Position numbers and translations under genes: made by a program
NCBI GenBank assembly: GCA_013115145.1
Contig: JAAPAO010000198.1
Span: forward strand, 1-54,100
Reading direction: 5' to 3'
From: Perkinsus chesapeaki ATCC PRA-425
Taxonomy: Eukaryota > Protista > Perkinsozoa
DNA: 54,100 nucleotides
The notes under the pieces: generated by a model
What the model was told of the DNA's origin: nothing
Database searches by the model: none
Seen by the model: only the letters and a program-made list of their open reading frames with translations
Part shown: piece after piece, positions 49,174 through 54,100 of the stretch
How the letters are laid out: every line of letters starts with the position of its first letter
How positions within the stretch are numbered: the stretch's first letter is position 1

Positions 49174-50936
49174 TATGAGACGGATGATGATGAATCTAAC
49201 ACCGAAGCGCGGCTTTCGACAATCTTGCAATCTTACACACACTCACATTTCCGTAACGGACGTCTCCGTTTCACGTACGTTGGAGCGCGTGAGTAATAGA
49301 TAAATCTATGGAATCGGTTTGCACCATCCTTCCTCCTGGGAGAACCAGCTACCTGTGGGATACTGGTACGCCGGAGAGGCCATTGCCTTCGGCCACCTGG
49401 GTCAGCGTTGGCGAGGCCACGCGCACGCGCGCAAATGTCCTCGTTCACCATACACTGTTACCTTACCTGTTATAGGTCTTCAAATAGGAAATCATGACAT
49501 TTCCCCAGGAGTACACACTCTTCGTGTTCTATCGCTACATTACTCTTCATTGTCCTATCGTTACTATTCTGGCCCATTAGTCAACATAGGCTTGAATGGA
49601 TGCTCTCAACTATGCCAACAACACTGTACAAAGTACACGAACTACACTGCGGACTTGTGTGGTCTCAGAGAAATCGGTTGTGATTGAGTTGTTTAAAGTT
49701 AGTCAGCGTTATTGTTGATATATTGTTAGATTGGTAAGCCGGAGATTGATAACACCCCCGAGAGACCATGAGATAGCTAACACACCTTAGTTATTCGGTA
49801 GTGTCAGAAAAACAAGGCCAAAGTTCAAGGGCGACAAACGCCCGAAAGAAGAGAGCTCTCCAACGTTATAACAACTCCGATTCACATCTCGCATTAAGTG
49901 TTGCAATTTCTGTCAAGATGCAATCGTAACACATAGTAGTTGTGCGTTCATACCAATCACAGCAAACCATCAAGAGTCTCGATCTTTATGTCGTAATTCT
50001 AGACCAGTCTTGAGCGTCCAAACCTGCATACACTTATTCAGTTCTGGCAGGAATAGCATTAAGAGCACTTCCGCGCGACACTACAGATGTTCCATTACTA
50101 CTAGTGTCAAGGTCCAGACCGAGTCTCAGCTGTTTTCTACTCAGCACAGCAGATGCAAAGCCATGGTTCGTGACTCACGTAACGTGAGTAACAGCAAAAG
50201 GTTTTCCGTTCGGCGGGTTGTACTTTACTATAAATGTGCTTTACCTGCAACTTGTATCTAATACGCGAGCCCACAGCGGAGGAAGAAGAGATACTTGTCG
50301 AGGACGTGTCAATACGTGCGCGCGCAACCCCCTTTTCGAAATTGGATTCCAACTGGAATTTCCAGCGGTAAGTCATTTAGCGTGTCTTCGAATCCGTACC
50401 CAGGGTTTCCTACAGTCACCCGCGCCTCGGTTAGGCCTTCACGGTCTTCTATTCGCTCCCTCCTTCATGGTTTAGCCACTGCATGTGCGTTCTTGGGACG
50501 CGCGGGCTTGCCGCTCCGATTGTGGCTGATTTGTTACTTTTCTCACGCGTCCGACAATCCAGCCGAGCCTCTTGGTGATATCTGCCTCTTGACTTTGTGT
50601 TTTGGGCAGCACACAGGCCCCAGATAGTCTTGTACTTTGCGTCTCGCTATACGATCCCGTGCGTGCGGCACGCAGCGTGCCAGGGGTGGTTCTCGCAGAA
50701 AGTACTAGCTGGAATCCCAATTTGCATTCCACAGCCTGCGCTGTAGTTGCTGTGACTGATCACATTGGTCGATTGGTTTTTCCTTTGTTTCCAGTAGTCT
50801 GATTCTTGCGCTTTCCAATGGTTGGGACTAGTGCCTCTCTGGTCGTCGCCGATCACGAAATTTGTATCCTTCTATTTCATAGCCGTGTGGGTTATCTACA
50901 TTGTACTCGACTGTTTACTACAGGCTTGCTCTTCTA

Positions 50937-51687
50937 ATGCATCTTAGTATCTTTGGCCACATGCCATCTACTATCATCGCAGTGTTGGATCATCTCTTCC
51001 GCCGAGGGGCAGATACCCCATGGCAGATACTGTGCCAACGTGTACGGTAACTTTTTCTCCAAGCTAGTCGCGACTCCTGATGGTGCGGTCTCGATCAACC
51101 TTAGCGGGAAGACCGCAACTGTCACCGTTCAAACTGACTCGCACACGGTTGATGGGGCTACTGGTATGGTTAACTTCAATCGCAAAGGGCTGCAATATGA
51201 TGCCAAAATGTTCCCTTTCATTCGACACCTTTGGAATATGAGGTATGACTCAGCCAAGAGCGAGCTCCACCTCGTCAGTTCTGTCATCCACTTCGAGGCT
51301 GGATGCAGCGTTTTCAAGCGCGCTGCAATCAAGAAAGCTCCAATGACCAGGAAGCTTGCTGGCAACTCATTTGGCTATGCAGCTTTTTGCTCATCCCGAA
51401 GCCAGGAAGGGCAGGGAGTACATGCTGAGTTTAACTTCTACTCTTCTAGCCTGGAAGCTACAATGGAGCTCGGTAACGTGAGAGTAGCGCTCTATGGTGT
51501 CAAGTATAACAGGGGGACGGCTGACCCCGACGGCAACGAGGAGGTCCGTGTATCATTCCCTAGCCCCTCCGAATACCCATATCTCGAGTACAACTTCAAG
51601 CTTAGATACAGTCCAGGCGCAGATGCCCTGGTGATGTCTCGGACTGCCGACGGAGGAAGCTCAAGCTTGACATTCTCGTCATGCTAA
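50937..51687 (+). CDS. Putative secreted two-domain protein with an out-of-frame start (frameshift or assembly error)
   Basis: Signal-like ILVSLATCHLLSSQCWIISSAEG followed by QIPHGRYC... and 244 open codons. The only nearby ATG (50937) is one base out of frame, and an in-frame TAA lies at 50935. Confidence 0.55.
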
Positions 51688-52526
51688 GTCCTCCCACACT
51701 AACGGGCGGACCATGCTCTACAGTGACCACTTAGGCTGGTTGCGGTCGAAACTAGACCGTCGAATGGACCTAGACTAGAGGTAAAGATGATTAACCAGGC
51801 CAGACAAGCCGTATTCTGTTGACCATGATCTTTGCTTTCTCGTCGCATGCCCGTTTTCTATCCATCAGCTGGAAGAACCTTCTCAACTCTCCTTTTTCAC
51901 CAACTGCTTGGGTGACTCCTCTAACACTGGTTGTTGCGTTCATAGAATTTTAACGCACCCGAGATCCGACCGTGGCCTCTACGCTGCAGAGTTCACAGTG
52001 CAGCGCTCGGTCGAGTAGTCTGATTCGACTGGTCTGTGTTTCTGCTGCTGTCAATGTACAAGTAATTTGCAAACTAAACTTTGTAATTAGTAACCGCACT
52101 TGAAGTACGAGTAACTTCAGTCAAAAGCGAGTTTAAAAGGATCAACGCTTCTTTGGGTCCGTCACCTTATCTGACTCACCTATAAACCATAATCCAGTTT
52201 CGCTGGCCAATCGTATGAGAAATGAACTACAGTGGTATCTTTGGAGCCACATCCTGCAGTTGTGGTGAGCTAGAGAGTATCACATCATCGCAACGCAAGT
52301 CAGGAACTTCTAAAGTCGCTTTTAAAGAATCGCGAAGATTATGTTGTAATGGCGATTTCGAGCTTTTGGGTTGGAAGATAGTAACGAATCCCGATTAAAC
52401 CGAGGATCCGATAAATGAATATAATAAGACATGACTCACTGTATGCGATTTGAAGGGACAACCGCGGCCGTGGTGGGGAGGTTACGAGTAGGCATACAGC
52501 AGCAGATAGATAAATCCAGCGATGCG

Positions 52527-54100
52527 TTATCCACATGGACAAGGAATATCAATTCCATGACACACACTAGGGTGCAACCAGTACTTACAGTAGCTACCTC
52601 TGCTTCTTTTGTTGCAGAAGGCGTCGCATGTCTCAGTGCTTGTCATTGTGGTGGTCGCAGTTGTCGAAGTAGTTGTAATGTTAGATGTGGTTGGTGAGGT
52701 CGTAGCAGCAGGTGTAGTCGACGAAGTTGATTGCTCGCACCAGCAGGGTATGTCGGTAGCATAGCATACCTTTGGGTTCAGCCATGCCTTGCAATAGCTA
52801 CCTTTGTGGAATTTTCTACAGTGCGCATCACCAATCTTGCAATCCAGGGACCCAGAGCTAGTGGTAGATTGAGTTGTGGTTGTTGCAGTTGTCGGAGAGC
52901 CCGTCGGAGTTGTTGTTGTGGTAGTTGTTGGACAGCCCGTTGGAGTCGTGGTTGTTGGACAGCCCGTTGGAGTTGTTGTAGTAGTGGTTGTTGGGCAGCC
53001 CGTTGGAGTTGTGGTTGTAGTACTTGTGACTGTCCTCGAAGTAGTAGTTGTAGTAGTACTTGTGGTTGTCCTCGAAGTAGTGGTTGTAGTAGTACTTGCG
53101 GTTGTCCTCGAAGTAGTGGTTGTAGTTGTCGGACAGCCCGTCGGAGTTGTTGTTGTGGTAGTTGTTGGACAGCCCGTTGGAGTTGTTGTGGTAGTTGTTG
53201 GGCAGCCCGTTGGAGTTGTTGTTGTGGTAGTTGTTGGACAGCCCGTTGGAGTTGTGGTTGTAGGAGTTGTTGGACAACCCGTTGGAGTTGTGGTTGTAGT
53301 ACTTGTGACTGTCCTCGAAGCAGTAGTTGTAGTAGTACTCGTGGTTGTCCTCGAGGAAGTGGTTGTGGTAGTACTTGTGGTTGTCCTCGAAGTAGTGGTT
53401 GTAGTTGTCGGACAGCCCGTCGGAGTTGTTGTTGTGGTAGTTGTTGGGCAGCCCGTTGGAGTTGTTGTGGTAGTTGTTGGACAGCCCGTTGGAGTTGTGG
53501 TTGTAGGAGTTGTTGGACAACCCGTTGGAGTTGTNNNNNNNNNNNNNNNNNNNNNNNNNNNNNNNNNNNNNNNNNNNNNNNNNNNNNNNNNNNNNNNNNN
53601 NNNNNNNNNNNNNNNNNNNNNNNNNNNNNNNNTCGTGGTTGTCCTCGAGGAAGTGGTTGTGGTAGTACTTGTGGTTGTCCTCGAAGTAGTGGTTGTAGTT
53701 GTCGGAGAGCCCGTCGGAGTTGTTGTTGTGGTAGTTGTTGGACAGCCCGTTGGAGTCGTGGTTGTTGGACAGCCCGTTGGAGTTGTTGTAGTAGTGGTTG
53801 TTGGGCAGCCCGTTGGAGTTGTGGTTGTAGTACTTGTGACTGTCCTCGAAGTAGTAGTTGTAGTAGTACTTGTGGTTGTCCTCGAAGTAGTGGTTGTAGT
53901 AGTACTTGCGGTTGTCCTCGAAGTAGTGGTTGTAGTTGTCGGACAGCCCGTCGGAGTTGTTGTTGTGGTAGTTGTTGGACAGCCCGTTGGAGTTGTTGTG
54001 GTAGTTGTTGGGCAGCCCGTTGGAGTTGTTGTTGTGGTAGTTGTTGGACAGCCCGTTGGAGTTGTGGTTGTAGGAGTTGTTGGACAACCCGTTGGAGTTG
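52527..54100 (-). CDS. Mucin-like Thr-rich protein with TPTGCP repeats and two C-terminal 6-Cys modules (5' part outside the window)
   Basis: The frame ending at TAA 52527-52529 reads TPTGCP(T)n and TSRT(T/V)xS(T)n repeats. It continues CKIGDAHC...GSYCKAWLNPKVCYATDIPCWC, a Thr linker, and CDAFC...GSYCKYWLHPSVCHGIDIPCPCG*. The frame is consistent on both sides of the N gap. Confidence 0.85.
   Translation of the reverse strand, partial: TPTGCPTTPTTTTPTGCPTTTTTTTPTGCPTTTTTTPTGCPTTTTTTTPTGCPTTTTTTSRTTASTTTTTTSRTTTSTTTTTTSRTVTSTTTTTPTGCPTTTTTTTPTGCPTTTTPTGCPTTTTTTTPTGSPTTTTTTSRTTTSTTTTTSSRTTTXXXXXXXXXXXXXXXXXXXXXXXXXXXXXXXXXTTPTGCPTTPTTTTPTGCPTTTTTTPTGCPTTTTTTTPTGCPTTTTTTSRTTTSTTTTTSSRTTTSTTTTTASRTVTSTTTTTPTGCPTTPTTTTPTGCPTTTTTTTPTGCPTTTTTTPTGCPTTTTTTTPTGCPTTTTTTSRTTASTTTTTTSRTTTSTTTTTTSRTVTSTTTTTPTGCPTTTTTTTPTGCPTTTTPTGCPTTTTTTTPTGSPTTATTTTQSTTSSGSLDCKIGDAHCRKFHKGSYCKAWLNPKVCYATDIPCWCEQSTSSTTPAATTSPTTSNITTTSTTATTTMTSTETCDAFCNKRSRGSYCKYWLHPSVCHGIDIPCPCG
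52870..54100. repeat. Coding minisatellite with an 810-bp higher-order repeat
   Basis: Units of 30-39 nt (gcccgttggagttgt...). 52891-53290 is identical to 53701-54100. Confidence 0.9.
53535..53632. other. Assembly gap (N run)
   Basis: Run of n inside the mucin repeat. Confidence 1.

Noticed and set aside
49700-50900. Several overlapping short ORFs, possible retroelement remnant
   Set aside because: No gag, RT or integrase motif, no LTR, and no consistent exon chain.
52858-54087. 409-aa Asn/His/Tyr-rich ORF in the track
   Set aside because: It is an alternative frame of the repeat. The Thr-rich frame continues into the Cys modules and a proper stop at 52527.
1-54100. Spliced-leader RNA gene or relict SL, rRNA, snRNA
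   Set aside because: I saw no match to the DCCGTAGCCATYTTGGCTCAAG-type leader or to conserved rRNA/snRNA motifs on either strand.

Overview
Eukaryotic genomic DNA that is gene-dense and intron-rich. It has many short (about 35-60 nt) GT-AG introns and one clear GC-AG intron. Gene content and architecture best fit a Perkinsus-like alveolate; this is inference, not a database result. Because of splicing, most ORF-track entries are exon fragments or antisense shadows, so I rebuilt the gene models by hand and internal exon boundaries are approximate. From 224 to 30934 the genes are almost all on the + strand: a large coiled-coil protein, a presequence protease/falcilysin-like M16C peptidase with a bipartite leader, an RPA-interacting protein, an ankyrin-MYND protein, a LAMMER kinase, a SpoU methyltransferase, a 60-aa basic ORF, mitoribosomal mL49 and bL25, and a Q/P-rich protein. 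From 31308 to 49173 all modelled genes are on the - strand: a HAD 'Swiss-army-knife' phosphatase, two intronless NIPA-type Mg transporters, a duplicated secreted-protein gene, a PARP-like/B-box protein, a ZC2HC1-like protein, a PKA regulatory subunit, and hypotheticals. The window ends with a frameshifted secreted-protein gene and a 5'-truncated Thr-rich mucin with periodic Cys and two 6-Cys modules, spanning an assembly gap. The most striking unexplained structure is a dense field of palindromes with a single unpaired central base (20440-21975, with outliers elsewhere), next to an 840-bp TIR-bounded MITE-like element. I found no CRISPR array, rRNA or complete tRNA.
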